Below, piece by piece: positions 22,906-34,434 of a stretch of DNA of 38,709 nt (position 1 is its first letter; each line of letters opens with the position of its first letter). The stretch is from Octopus bimaculoides (Eukaryota). The notes under the pieces were generated by a model. The model saw nothing but the letters and a program-made list of their open reading frames with translations, was not told the origin of the DNA and ran no database searches. The translations under genes and the position numbers were made by a program. Location: contig NC_069005.1 in NCBI RefSeq assembly GCF_001194135.2, positions 12,990,277-13,028,985 of the forward strand, read 5' to 3'.

Positions 22906-23479
22906 TATAATATATTCTAATTCTTGAAAAAACTATCTGAAGGCATTATTCCCGAGAAGCAAACGATATGAGATGGCTGAGAGGAAGAAAAGAAAGGGAT
23001 TTCTGATTTATTTTTAACGCTCCACTTCATTGTTTTTTGTTTTGTATTTTCGTCTTTTGTTGTTGTTTTTTTCCTGGGTACTTACTTTGATATCAAAGCT
23101 AAGCGAATCCCATCAATGAGATATCGTAGTATATTGATAATATCAAATAACAGGCTTTGATCAAGATTTGCTGTCTCTGACTGATCGTTGCCATTTAAAC
23201 TAGAAGCCTTTAATTGACATTGCTGAGTTGTACGATATCCTAAGGCATAAGCATCTATATGTGTGTGTGTGTGTGTGTATTGTGTGTGTGTGTGTATGTG
23301 TGTGTGCGTGTGTGTGTGTGTATGAATGTGTGTGTGTATGCATTCATGTACCTGGGCATATATGCATATGTGATGTATGCGTGATGTAAATGTGCAGACA
23401 TATTCGATTTCATAAACGTATGGATGTATGAAAAATTATACACACTCATGCGCACACGTAGATAGATGAAAAAAGTAGA

Positions 23480-23680
23480 TAACACAGACAGACAGACACG
23501 CACATAGATTGATCGACAGACAGGTACACTGACAGATAGATAGCTGGATAGATAGATGGATGGATGGATGGATGGATGGATGGATGGATGGATGGACGGA
23601 CGGACGGACGGACGGACGGACAGACAGACAGGTAGACAAGCTGGCAGACAGGCAGACAGACAGACAGACAGATAGATAAT

Positions 23681-23733
<53 letters not shown>

Positions 23734-23737
23734 GGAT
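23480..23737. repeat. Compound GATA/GATG/GACG/GACA tetranucleotide array
   Basis: Direct observation. Confidence 0.9.
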
Positions 23738-23985
23738 AAGATCGCCAACTATCATTTAACATAGTAAATACGCTCGATTTATAACACCAGGAAGAGAATA
23801 AGACTATTGGACACGACTGGTTGAAGTCTCACGAATGACTGAGCATTGAACCTGTTTGGCATTGGAAGCAAACACATACATATGTGCACACGCGCGCGTC
23901 TATGTAGAAATGTATGCGTATAGAGAAAGTGAGAGTGAGAGATAGGGCGAGAGAGAGAAAATGCACATATATACAAACATAACGT

Positions 23986-24295
23986 GGAGACATATGGCCT
24001 AGTGGTTAGAGCAGCGGACTCGCGGTCGAGAGATCGCGGGTTCGAATCTCAGACCACGCGATGTGTGTGTTTATGAGCGAAACACCTAAGCGGCACGCGG
24101 CTAAGGCAGAAGGTAATGGCGAACTTCTGCTGACTCTTTCGTCACAATTTTCTCTCACTGTTTCCTCCTTCACCTAGCAGCTCACCTGCGACGGACCGGC
24201 GTCCTGTTCAGGTGGGGAACTTATACGCCAATGAAACCGAGAAACCGGACCTTATGATCCAGGCATGGCTCGAGAAGGAACAAACAACAACAATA
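23986..24295 (+). mobile_element. SINE family C (tRNA head, V-domain-like core, (CAA)n tail)
   Basis: TGGCCTAGTGG A-box, GGTTCGAATC B-box, CCTGCGACGGACCGGCGTCCTGTTCAGGTG core, ends GGCTCGAGAAGGAACAAACAACAAC. Confidence 0.75.
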
Positions 24296-24494
24296 CAACC
24301 ATAAGTAGACGTTCATAGTTTGAACTGATTGATTCATCGTTTGATTGATTGGTCAATTAATTATTTACTTATTTGAGTGGTTGACTGATTGGCTGATTGA
24401 TGGGTGGACTGATGAATTGGTTAATTAGTCGTTAGACTAATAAGTTATTGAAGATACTCAAATCTAGGGTTACCCCCATTCACTCTTTTTCCGG

Positions 24495-25420
24495 ATGAAA
24501 ATGCATTCAAAGGAAATAGTTCGAAGGAAGAGGAAAGATGATTTAAGTCTAAGAAAAATAGTTGTTGATTTGAAGATTTCGAAGTCTACAAACTTGAAGA
24601 ATGACTATATGTGGAAGAAAAAGAAAAGAGGAAGAAAAAATGTGGTTTGGGGAGAGAATTCAAAGACGAATGAAGATGACTGTGTCCTGTGCACTGGTAA
24701 CAGGAGAAAAGATAACGACACGGAAGAAGGAGAAGTGTGAAACAAATGTAAATATTCGAACGCTGGAAGAAATTAGATACAAGCATTGAAAGACCAAGAA
24801 GAAAATTCCTTTAAACAAAAAACACAAGACAGCAAGGTTAGACTGCGCAAAATTATGATTAACTACTTTTTTTTGATTTTACCAAAGTATCTTTACTGAC
24901 GAGATGTGATTTCAGTTCGAGGAAACCGACGGCTGGTGATCTTGGTCAAGGAAAAGTGAACAAGTAATACTGAACAAAAGGCAGACGGACAGAGGTGGAG
25001 TGAATAGTTTTGGCTAGAGTAGCTGAAAGATAGGCAGGACAGTATGAGTTACATCAAGCTGTTGCAAACGGGAGCTCTTGCCCTGTATTAGACAAGAAAC
25101 GGGAGAATTTTATCCTCCAACAAGATAACTGCAGCATTTATGTGTCAAAAAACAGTCAAGAAATGGATGCATGACATGAAACTAAGTTTAAAGGAATGGC
25201 CGGCGAGAAATCCGGACTTGCACTTAAGTGAAAATATATGAGAAATGGTACAGCTTGTGTATGACGGGCCAGAAGTGACAAGTGAAGCAGAATTAGAGAA
25301 AAGCTTTTCAGGAGCCAAAAGAAGACTGGTAGAAACGAAAAGATATGTTATAATGAACATATTTGTCTGGTACAAGGAACAAACAGAGCAAGTGATTGAA
25401 AAATAAAGGCAACTGTATGG
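24495..25420 (+). mobile_element. Tc1-like transposase remnant
   Basis: FILQQDNCSI, KKWMHDMK..KEWPARNPDLHLSENI* (decayed WPA.SPDLNPIEN.W); no clear TIRs. Confidence 0.7.
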
Positions 25421-26501
25421 ACCACTGAAGCGGAGTGGTACTGTCCAAAAAGTATTGTCTTATGATTTTAATAAAATTTTCCTAAAATACAACCTCCAAA
25501 TTTTTACATACGCATTCAGAGAATGCAATCACAACAGGAATACTATGCACATGTCTGAATTGTTTTACTCTAAAAGATTGTCACTAAATGTCCATGAGTA
25601 CTATGTCACAGGCGTCCGAAAAACTGTCGACCTCTGCCACGAAGAAACTCTGCAACAGTCTTCTGGTTCTCCCACCGTGCAACGCACATTATGAAGGCGT
25701 ACGAATACCTGCACATAGCATGATCTTGTTCAATGATTTTTTTTTCTGTCTGTGATATTTTTTGGTTTTTTATTCTTGTGGCTTTTTCTTTTTCTGTGAC
25801 ATTTTCCTGCGACATTTTTTTCCCTGGATTCCGCAATTAGAACTAGTTTGTTAGTAAAAACGGCAAACACTGCCTGCCGTCAAAGCCTTCAACTAACTGG
25901 CTGTCTTCGATTACATCAGATCGCATTGAAAGTGGACAAACAGAAGCCGACAATACTTTTGACCTTATTATGACAGATTTACAAGTAGCTGTCAGAAAAG
26001 CTGTCATATGGTGAAAAAAACACAATACACCAATAGAGTTCGTACTAGCATATTTAATATAGCCGGCATTAAAAAAAAACAAGCTAACTACAGATAAATG
26101 ACAATGGCGTTTTGAATTATTTACAATCTAACAAAAGCAACAACAAAAAAATTATTTTTCTTTAGCCAATAATTGTACAACAGCGTATATTTACTTAATG
26201 GTTCATTCATCACTATTTATGCTGTTAAGAGAATGCTATACAACGGCATGTTTCCCCGCCACTACCATACTTCTCAGCAGCAAAACTAAGATACATACAT
26301 ATGTGTGTATGTGTATGCATATGTATACGTCTGTGTGTGTGTGTATGAATATATGTGCGCGTATATATATGTAGACATGCGTTTATAGAAATAGAAATAT
26401 ATATGTATATATATCATTAAAGTACTCGACTCAACTGGATCCTGCAAATAATTATACAATTATACATGTAGATGTATATGCTTGTATATGTACTTACACA
26501 T

Positions 26502-26564
<63 letters not shown>

Positions 26565-27645
26565 NNNNNNNNNNNNNNNNNNNNNNNNNNNNNNNNNNNN
26601 NNNNNNNNNNNNNNNNNNNNNNNNNNNNNNNNNNNNNNNNNNNNNNNNNNNNNNNNNNNNNNNNNNNNNNNNNNNNNNNNNNNNNNNNNNNNNNNNNNNN
26701 NNNNNNNNNNNNNNNNNNNNNNNNNNNNNNNNNNNNNNNNNNNNNNNNNNNNNNNNNNNNNNNNNNNNNNNNNNNNNNNNNNNNNNNNNNNNNNNNNNNN
26801 NNNNNNNNNNNNNNNNNNNNNNNNNNNNNNNNNNNNNNNNNNNNNNNNNNNNNNNNNNNNNNNNNNNNNNNNNNNNNNNNNNNNNNNNNNNNNNNNNNNN
26901 NNNNNNNNNNNNNNNNNNNNNNNNNNNNNNNNNNNNNNNNNNNNNNNNNNNNNNNNNNNNNNNNNNNNNNNNNNNNNNNNNNNNNNNNNNNNNNNNNNNN
27001 NNNNNNNNNNNNNNNNNNNNNNNNNNNNNNNNNNNNNNNNNNNNNNNNNNNNNNNNNNNNNNNNNNNNNNNNNNNNNNNNNNNNNNNNNNNNNNNNNNNN
27101 NNNNNNNNNNNNNNNNNNNNNNNNNNNNNNNNNNNNNNNNNNNNNNNNNNNNNNNNNNNNNNNNNNNNNNNNNNNNNNNNNNNNNNNNNNNNNNNNNNNN
27201 NNNNNNNNNNNNNNNNNNNNNNNNNNNNNNNNNNNNNNNNNNNNNNNNNNNNNNNNNNNNNNNNNNNNNNNNNNNNNNNNNNNNNNNNNNNNNNNNNNNN
27301 NNNNNNNNNNNNNNNNNNNNNNNNNNNNNNNNNNNNNNNNNNNNNNNNNNNNNNNNNNNNNNNNNNNNNNNNNNNNNNNNNNNNNNNNNNNNNNNNNNNN
27401 NNNNNNNNNNNNNNNNNNNNNNNNNNNNNNNNNNNNNNNNNNNNNNNNNNNNNNNNNNNNNNNNNNNNNNNNNNNNNNNNNNNNNNNNNNNNNNNNNNNN
27501 NNNNNNNNNNNNNNNNNNNNNNNNNNNNNNNNNNNNNNNNNATATATATATATATATATATAAGAGAGACAGATATACTCCGTATAGTAGTACTCAAGAG
27601 GTTTAAACGTAGTGCTCAGGAGATTTAAACTTGAGCAGGTGGAGG

Positions 27646-29347
27646 AGTAAATGTAAGGATAAGCAAGTTAGGCAAGTCGATATACAAACGATATTAAATA
27701 CATTTAATAAAAAAAAAACGTACATATGTTTACATACAGGAAGGTGCAACTTACACAAAATATAAATGATATCAGGAATTAAACCTGCCTAGGTGGCAAC
27801 AAATAGTAGTTGCAGTACCTCCTCCCAATTCAATTTTAATACAGATTGCACTTCAGGTTCCCCGCCACTAACAATAAATCAACGTATATCAACCTCACTA
27901 ACAGTGAGAAGGTAGGAAAACTTGTAATTGTCGAGTTTCTCAATTATGCCCTCTTGGAGGCTTCTGCCTACGTAAAAATGTAGTCTATAAGTGGCATGTT
28001 ATAAGACCACGCTCCCATCAAGTAAAGGTATATATCGGCTGCACCATAGATTTCAAGTGCTTCTACCGTGCACATATGAACTCTTTCTGTTATCTAAATT
28101 CTAAATTGTCAACCTCCTTAGCAACTTATATTCACCACCTTAAATTTCAAAATATTCCATAAGCTCTATCCTGGTCCATAGTAAGCGAGGTCCCCCATAC
28201 AATACAAACTCCGGCAAGTGTAAGTCATGTCTAAAAGAATCATTAAACCTTCTTCGCCTTCATAATTCCTCATTACTTAATAGATTCTCTGATATAATTT
28301 ATTCTTGTAAACATAGGTACTACTCATCTTTCACGCACTTTGCTAAATCTATGTAATCCCATAACTTTAAATATCTATACCCAAAATAACCTTAAACTAT
28401 GACAAATTCAACCTAGCAACCTATTACTCAAAAAATACTACCCACCACTTATTCTTTCTCAAACACACATTTCCAAATTATTCTCCTCCACTACTTCCCA
28501 CTTCCCTCTTAGCCTCCCGACCCTCCCTACCTTCAAAAAGTACTTAATATTATCCCACTCCTTTGAAAACTCACCAATCTACCTCTACCCCCACCCTATT
28601 CACATCCCTCTAATCAATTTCATACACCTCTCCATACCATAACACTTCACTGCAAAACCAACTCAATTCCTTCGCCCCACTAACAACTACTATTTTGGCC
28701 ACCTACTCACTCTATGCCCCACTCTATCTTCTCTCATACTTCTCTACATACCTTACTAATCTCTCTCAGCCACTGAACCAGTCAATTTATTTCCCCAAAA
28801 TAATGGCCATTCCCATTTTCACTATTTCAGCCTTTAAATCTATAGCCTTCATACAAACTAACACAAAGTTTACCATTCATATACTACCTAAACCACCCTT
28901 CTCTCTTCCTCCCACCGTCTACCTCTACTACTATGTCTCCTTACTAGCCTCATCAATAACCCCTACTCTGAAATTTATTTTCTCCCACTACTCTCTATCT
29001 AATTACCTCCCAGCTCCTCGTTCTAATACACTTAGTGTTCCACAAATCATTCCATCTTTAATCTGCTTTCTGTCAACACATCAAACGTAAAACATTTTCC
29101 CTGAAAACGGGGGCTGGTATTATCCGATGATGGAATCAATTTACAATCATTATTTTGAACCATCAAGCCTTCAGAAACAGCTGTTGAACTCGTAAAGCTC
29201 TTACTAAACCCCTTTAACTAATGATATCTTATATATTCTGTGTAAGTCGAACCTTTTTATATATAAACATATGTACAATATTGTATTAAATGTATTTAAT
29301 ACTTATTCTATATCGACTTTCCTAACTTGTTTATCCTTACATTTACA
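27646..29347 (-). mobile_element. TIR-bounded element with decayed gypsy-type integrase (Ginger-like, tentative)
   Basis: About 135 bp inverted repeats at 27646-27785 and 29215-29347 (right terminus reads TGTAAATGTAAGGATAA inward). Minus strand has SENLLSNEEL*RRRRFND...EFVLY...PRLLWTR, (V)N(Y)KL and VHM..VEALEIY, resembling an integrase C-terminal (GPY/F-type) region. The TIRs are firm; the family call is tentative. Confidence 0.55.
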
Positions 29348-30171
29348 CCTATACATATATATATATATATANNNNNNNNNNNNNNNNNNNNNNNNNNNNN
29401 NNNNNNNNNNNNNNNNNNNNNNNNNNNNNNNNNNNNNNNNNNNNNNNNNNNNNNNNNNNNNNNNNNNNNNNNNNNNNNNNNNNNNNNNNNNNNNNNNNNN
29501 NNNNNNNNNNNNNNNNNNNNNNNNNNNNNNNNNNNNNNNNNNNNNNNNNNNNNNNNNNNNNNNNNNNNNNNNNNNNNNNNNNNNNNNNNNNNNNNNNNNN
29601 NNNNNNNNNNNNNNNNNNNNNNNNNNNNNNNNNNNNNNNNNNNNNNNNNNNNNNNNNNNNNNNNNNNNNNNNNNNNNNNNNNNNNNNNNNNNNNNNNNNN
29701 NNNNNNNNNNNNNNNNNNNNNNNNNNNNNNNNNNNNNNNNNNNNNNNNNNNNNNNNNNNNNNNNNNNNNNNNNNNNNNNNNNNNNNNNNNNNNNNNNNNN
29801 NNNNNNNNNNNNNNNNNNNNNNNNNNNNNNNNNNNNNNNNNNNNNNNNNNNNNNNNNNNNNNNNNNNNNNNNNNNNNNNNNNNNNNNNNNNNNNNNNNNN
29901 NNNNNNNNNNNNNNNNNNNNNNNNNNNNNNNNNNNNNNNNNNNNNNNNNNNNNNNNNNNNNNNNNNNNNNNNNNNNNNNNNNNNNNNNNNNNNNNNNNNN
30001 NNNNNNNNNNNNNNNNNNNNNNNNNNNNNNNNNNNNNNNNNNNACACACACATAACAGAAGTAAATAGACACCCCATAAAACCGTTGTATGTTTATTTTA
30101 ACTTGAAAACCTTTATATTTCTTATTAATTGGCATTTTTATGTTCCTAGTTCTATATTTGACTGTTTAATC

Positions 30172-31040
30172 ATGCCACGTACAAAACAAGTCTTGGAACT
30201 GTCCGAATTTCAAAGGAGCTGGATTGTGAGTCAATCTGAAGGTGGACTTCCGTAAAATTGCAGAAAACCCTGGTATCCCACTTTCTACAGTTAATAGAAT
30301 AATTGTGCAATTCGCCAGAGAGGGGAAGGAGTCCACATCACCTTGCCCAGATCAACTAGGGCCCTCTGACAGGAACCCTTTGCTTTGTTAAGAGTAGTGG
30401 AGAGGATAATTCTCATAGCAGGCCCTCATATATAGCAGAACAAGTTGATGTCAGTTTCAGAACAGCTGCCAGGTATCTCCACAAACTGTGCTACTATGGA
30501 AGAACGGTGAGAAGGAAACCACTTCAACCAGCCAATATCAAGCGGAGAAAATATTGGACCAGTGAGATGGTGGAGAAGCCACTAGCATTTTGGTTCACTG
30601 TCATATTCTTTGACGAGTCCAGATTTGCTGTATTTTCTGACAACAGTCAAGTGTGGGTCTGGCGATTCTGTCATCAAGAATTTGACGTGAAAAGATAACA
30701 GCTAACAGTGAAACTCGGTGGCTATTCTGTGATGGTCTGGGTAGCAATTTGGAGTAATGGTTGATCAGAGCTGGTGGAGTGTGAGGAAAACAAACTCAGA
30801 TAAATATGTGTCCATATTTCAGAAAGGACTCTTTGCAATCTTTTCCTGTGGTGAAATGATTAAAGAAGACTCTTTATTTATGGAAGATGGGACTCTTTGT
30901 CACATGGCTAAAAAGATCCAAGATTGATTGGAAGAGAATAGCATTAAAAAACTTCCATGGTCAAGCCAGTCACTAGATGTGAACCCTATTGGACACCTCT
31001 GGGGCATAATGGACAGGACACATCATAAAAAGAACAAGAA
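30172..31040 (+). mobile_element. Tc1 (DD34E) transposase remnant
   Basis: [30 protein letters not shown] (HTH), VIFFDESRF, GYSVMVW, FMEDGTLCH, LPWSSQSLDVNPIGHLW; frameshifted. Confidence 0.85.
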
Positions 31041-31239
31041 AGCATTCTCAACTCCACTTCCGTGAATGTGTGTATGTGTGTGTGTATGTGCGTGTGTGTG
31101 TGACAACATTCAGTTCGTTTCTTATTCTATACTACTTAAAATTTTACAAACGCGCATACGGACGCACATGCACTTATGTTAACAGGGAACATTTTTAAAG
31201 CAAAATAAATATAACACTCGCATTCATTTAGATTTGTCA

Positions 31240-31470
31240 AGGTGTATAGCCAAGTAGTCAGGATGTTGTTCTCATAATCGCAAGATCATGGTTTCGATTC
31301 TCATGGCTTCGATGTGTTGCGTTTTTTGAGCAAAAAACTCTATTTCATGTTACTCCCCTATAATCAGCAGTAAAAAAGTAACCCTATGTTGGACCGAAGA
31401 TCTCTTCAGAGAGAATATTGTGATCTCAGTTACCGTATAACCGGCCCTATGACTTCTAGGACTCGAAACA
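31240..31470 (+). mobile_element. Degraded tRNA-derived SINE (C-like tail)
   Basis: TAGCCAAGTAG A-box-like, GGTTTCGATTC B-box-like; CCGGCCCTATGA...GGACTCGA resembles the tail at 24240-24280. Confidence 0.45.
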
Positions 31471-31689
31471 GTAACATCCAGGAGTTAATGCTGATTCATT
31501 TAGATTCAAGAGCAAAGGCTAAATGCAAGCTAAAAATTTACTTTTTCTGTTAAGCGAAATACAATTGTCTCCATTCAAAGAGAAGATGACTACATATGGA
31601 TTTTTCTGAAAAGTATTTCAGTTGTGAATAAACGCCCCATGCGTGAAATTCGTATGATCTGTATTAACCAATGAAACAGCAAAATCTTA

Positions 31690-32260
31690 GTACCATCATG
31701 GGGTAGAAAACTGAAGCTTTTCATGAAATTCCAATGATGCCAACTCTATAGATCAAGCATTCCTGAGACGTATCGTTGTTGAGTGACGCGACAGCTAAAT
31801 AAATATATACTCTGCAATATATATTAATCTAAAGCGATTTGCACAATACTATCCGATAGAAGCATCCGTGACAGAAGACTCCAAGAACTGAAGAATACAG
31901 TCTTTGACAGGAATTACCCACCATCCTTAGTTGATAATGATATACAGCGAGCCAAGTAATTCAATATCCAGGAACCGAGACAAACAAAACAAAGAAATAA
32001 TTCGGAACTGAAAGTCCAGCCATACATTTCTTTCTACAATCCTAAAAGTAATGCGGCCTACTTTATCATATTCCAAAACATACCGACACTGAAAAAGGAT
32101 CCCGGGTTAAACCGAATCCCCCAGGTATATACCATAATGAGACAACACATGATTCTGTAAATTGAAATTCAGGAATATGATTTAGTGAACATGTAGACAT
32201 ATGTGCAGATAATAAAACAATCGAGCTATACGATTTTCCTTTTATGTCAACTTATCGATT
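31690..32260 (+). mobile_element. Penelope-like remnant 2
   Basis: NYPPSLVDNDIQRAK (RGYP..LI...I.RA), PYISFYNP, and FSEHVDICA...FPF (GIY-YIG tail); heavily deleted. Confidence 0.55.
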
Positions 32261-32910
32261 ACACAACTAAACAACAACATATCAATAAAAAAACACAAAA
32301 ACACCCTTCATAACCAGATACCAACCACGTTTAAATACCCGACGAAAAGAAAGGGAAATAACTATTGCCAATACAACTGCAAATTTTGTTAGTTTCCACA
32401 ACTGCTATTGCCATTAATTAGACTGATAAAACAACTACTATTGCCACTAACATTCCTGATGTTGGTTCTACAAACAACATTCCTAATGTTGTCACAACTG
32501 ACAAGTCACTTCCACTGCTGCTGCTGTTGTTGCTGCCGTTGCAGTTGATGCTGCTGTTAACAACAGAACATACCAACAATCAGAAGAAAAGAAGACATCA
32601 GGACTATGTGATTTTCGTAAGAAAAACATGCGAACTTTTGGAACTGATATCGTGAAAGAATAATTTAATTTAATTAATTTCAATTTATTTTTGCTTCAAT
32701 TTATTTTTCCATTTATTTCAGCATGACTTTACCGATAATATTTTTTAAGACAAATGTAAGCATTTTCTTGCTTATATGTATGTAATATAATTTTTCTGAA
32801 TCTTCAGATTTTTCAATATGCTAGGTCACTGATTTTAATTTGATATTAATCAAATTAATGTTCAATTTTTCACTCTTATTATTTAAATTTATATATATAT
32901 ATTTCTATAT

Positions 32911-33144
32911 AATTATAATTTAGGGTATCTAAGAGATGCCGCCATACTGAAAATAGCAGCCAAATATTGACTCTAAACCACAATAAAATGTTCATATAGC
33001 ACACAGGAGCGAAGACGAAGAACACAAAATAAACTAGCAAAAATTACTGGATAACTATCTAGTAATTTTCGCTAGTTTATTTTGTCAAGATTTGGTTGCT
33101 ATTTTCAGCATGGCGGTATCTCTTAGATACCCTAAATTATAATT
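32911..33144. mobile_element. Foldback MITE, second copy
   Basis: AATTATAATTTAGGGTATCTAAGAGATGCCGCCAT.CTGAAAATAGCA / TGCTATTTTCAGCATGGCGGTATCTCTTAGATACCCTAAATTATAATT; inner hairpin ACAAAATAAACTAGC.AAAATTACT...AGTAATTTTCGCTAGTTTATTTTGT. Confidence 0.8.
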
Positions 33145-34174
33145 TTGAATAATTGTTACCTTTGATGGTTTTTATTCCCATGCTGGCCACTAGATAACAT
33201 CGAGATTTAAATATCGATCTTATCCTTATCTATATAAATTTATATATATATATATTCATATATACATGTTTGTGTGAGTATATGTATCTGTGTGTATATG
33301 TATGTATATATATATATATATATATATAGATATACATATACATCGTACATACATAGGGAATGTGTTTTGTTTATAATCCAATTTGCCGCGGAATGACGTC
33401 TAAGATAGCTTTCTGAACAACGCTGAGTGTTAAAGAACACCTGAATGTCATAGACCAGCTGAGATAACTCGCCCCGTTTCGAATTCAGGAGTGCTAGATA
33501 CCGATATTTCGCCATTACTGTGACTTATCAATACCACACACCTGAATCGAACGGAACGAATATATATATTTATAAATATATTCACTTCAGTGAATTTTAT
33601 GGGGGAAACAAAACAAACAGACCCTAAAAATAATCGATCGACTTCAACTTGTCAAATCCCCTTGCCTGCCACATAAACCCCCTAACTTGCGATAACTTAT
33701 CAAATACAGAACCATAGGACCAGAAGCGATGTTTCTCTTTTTGGTATCTATCGCTTCAGCCATTCTCATTATATAGCACCATGCTAGACGAAATCAATTA
33801 AGAATCTACATTCTATTTATAGACTGCATTTGACAGCCAAATGAATGAACGACAAAGAAACTACAACAAACTATTACTGTATGTCATTATCTTAAGAAAT
33901 CGCCGAATAGATTTCATATCAGAAGCAATACAAATTGATTTCTTCCTTCTTAGACACTTTATAGAGAATCTTTATCACTCGATGATTTTGACGCCAAATT
34001 CTTGAACAAAAGTTTGTTGGTGTTGGATAATTTGATGATGGTGGAGGGGATGGGGAGGTGCGTTTGCCACCTTTCCAGAAATTCTTCCAAAAAATGTATT
34101 GACTTCACATTTTCTTATCATATTTATTGTCTCTTTCTTTATTGTTGTTGTTGTTGTTGTTGTTGCTGTTGTAA

Positions 34175-34375
34175 GGCGGTGAGCTGGCAGAATCGTTAGC
34201 ATCCCGGACAAAATGCTCAGCAGCATTTCGTCCGTCTTTACGGTCTGAGTTCAAATTCTGCCGAAGTGACTTTGCCTTTCGTCTTTTCAAGGTCGATAAA
34301 ATAAGGACCTCTTGACTGCGGGGTGGATGTCATCGACTTACTTCTCCTTTAAATTGCTGGCCTTGTGCCAAAATC
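34175..34375 (+). mobile_element. SINE family B, full length
   Basis: Head GGCGGTGAGCTGGCAGAATCGTTAGC, GAGTTCAAATT B-box-like, GACTTTGCCTTTC...GGTCGATAAAATAAG core, AAATTGCTGGCCTTGTGCC tail. Confidence 0.8.
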
Positions 34376-34434
34376 ATTAGATAGATAGATAGATAGATAG
34401 ATAGATACATACATACATACATACATACATAGAT

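Larger units (their letters stand above)
5551..30043. other. Assembly gaps: 5551-6038, 7662-7868, 8632-9004, 13161-13398, 16331-16560, 17684-18229, 19364-20031, 21956-22640, 26565-27540, 29372-30043
   Basis: N runs; almost all abut TA, CA, GA or CAG repeats. Confidence 0.98.

Noticed and set aside
23986-24060. tRNA gene (also 12894-12960 and 31240-31310)
   Set aside because: A and B boxes are present, but there is no acceptor-stem closure and each continues into a SINE body and tail.
28381-29090. Mitochondrial insertion (NUMT) explaining the G-poor skew
   Set aside because: No mitochondrial protein, rRNA or tRNA motif was recognised; minus frames are full of TAG/TAA; the block lies inside TIRs next to integrase-like motifs.
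28695-29090. 131 aa plus-strand ORF as a real gene
   Set aside because: TTG start and no motif; G depletion removes TAG/TGA stops and inflates ORF length.
5353-30135. Long ORFs containing X runs or YI/CV/HT/MYVC repeats
   Set aside because: Artefacts of N gaps and di- or tetranucleotide microsatellites.
33975-34226. 83 aa minus-strand ORF
   Set aside because: Composed of SINE-B head, a (CAA)n tract and unassignable sequence.
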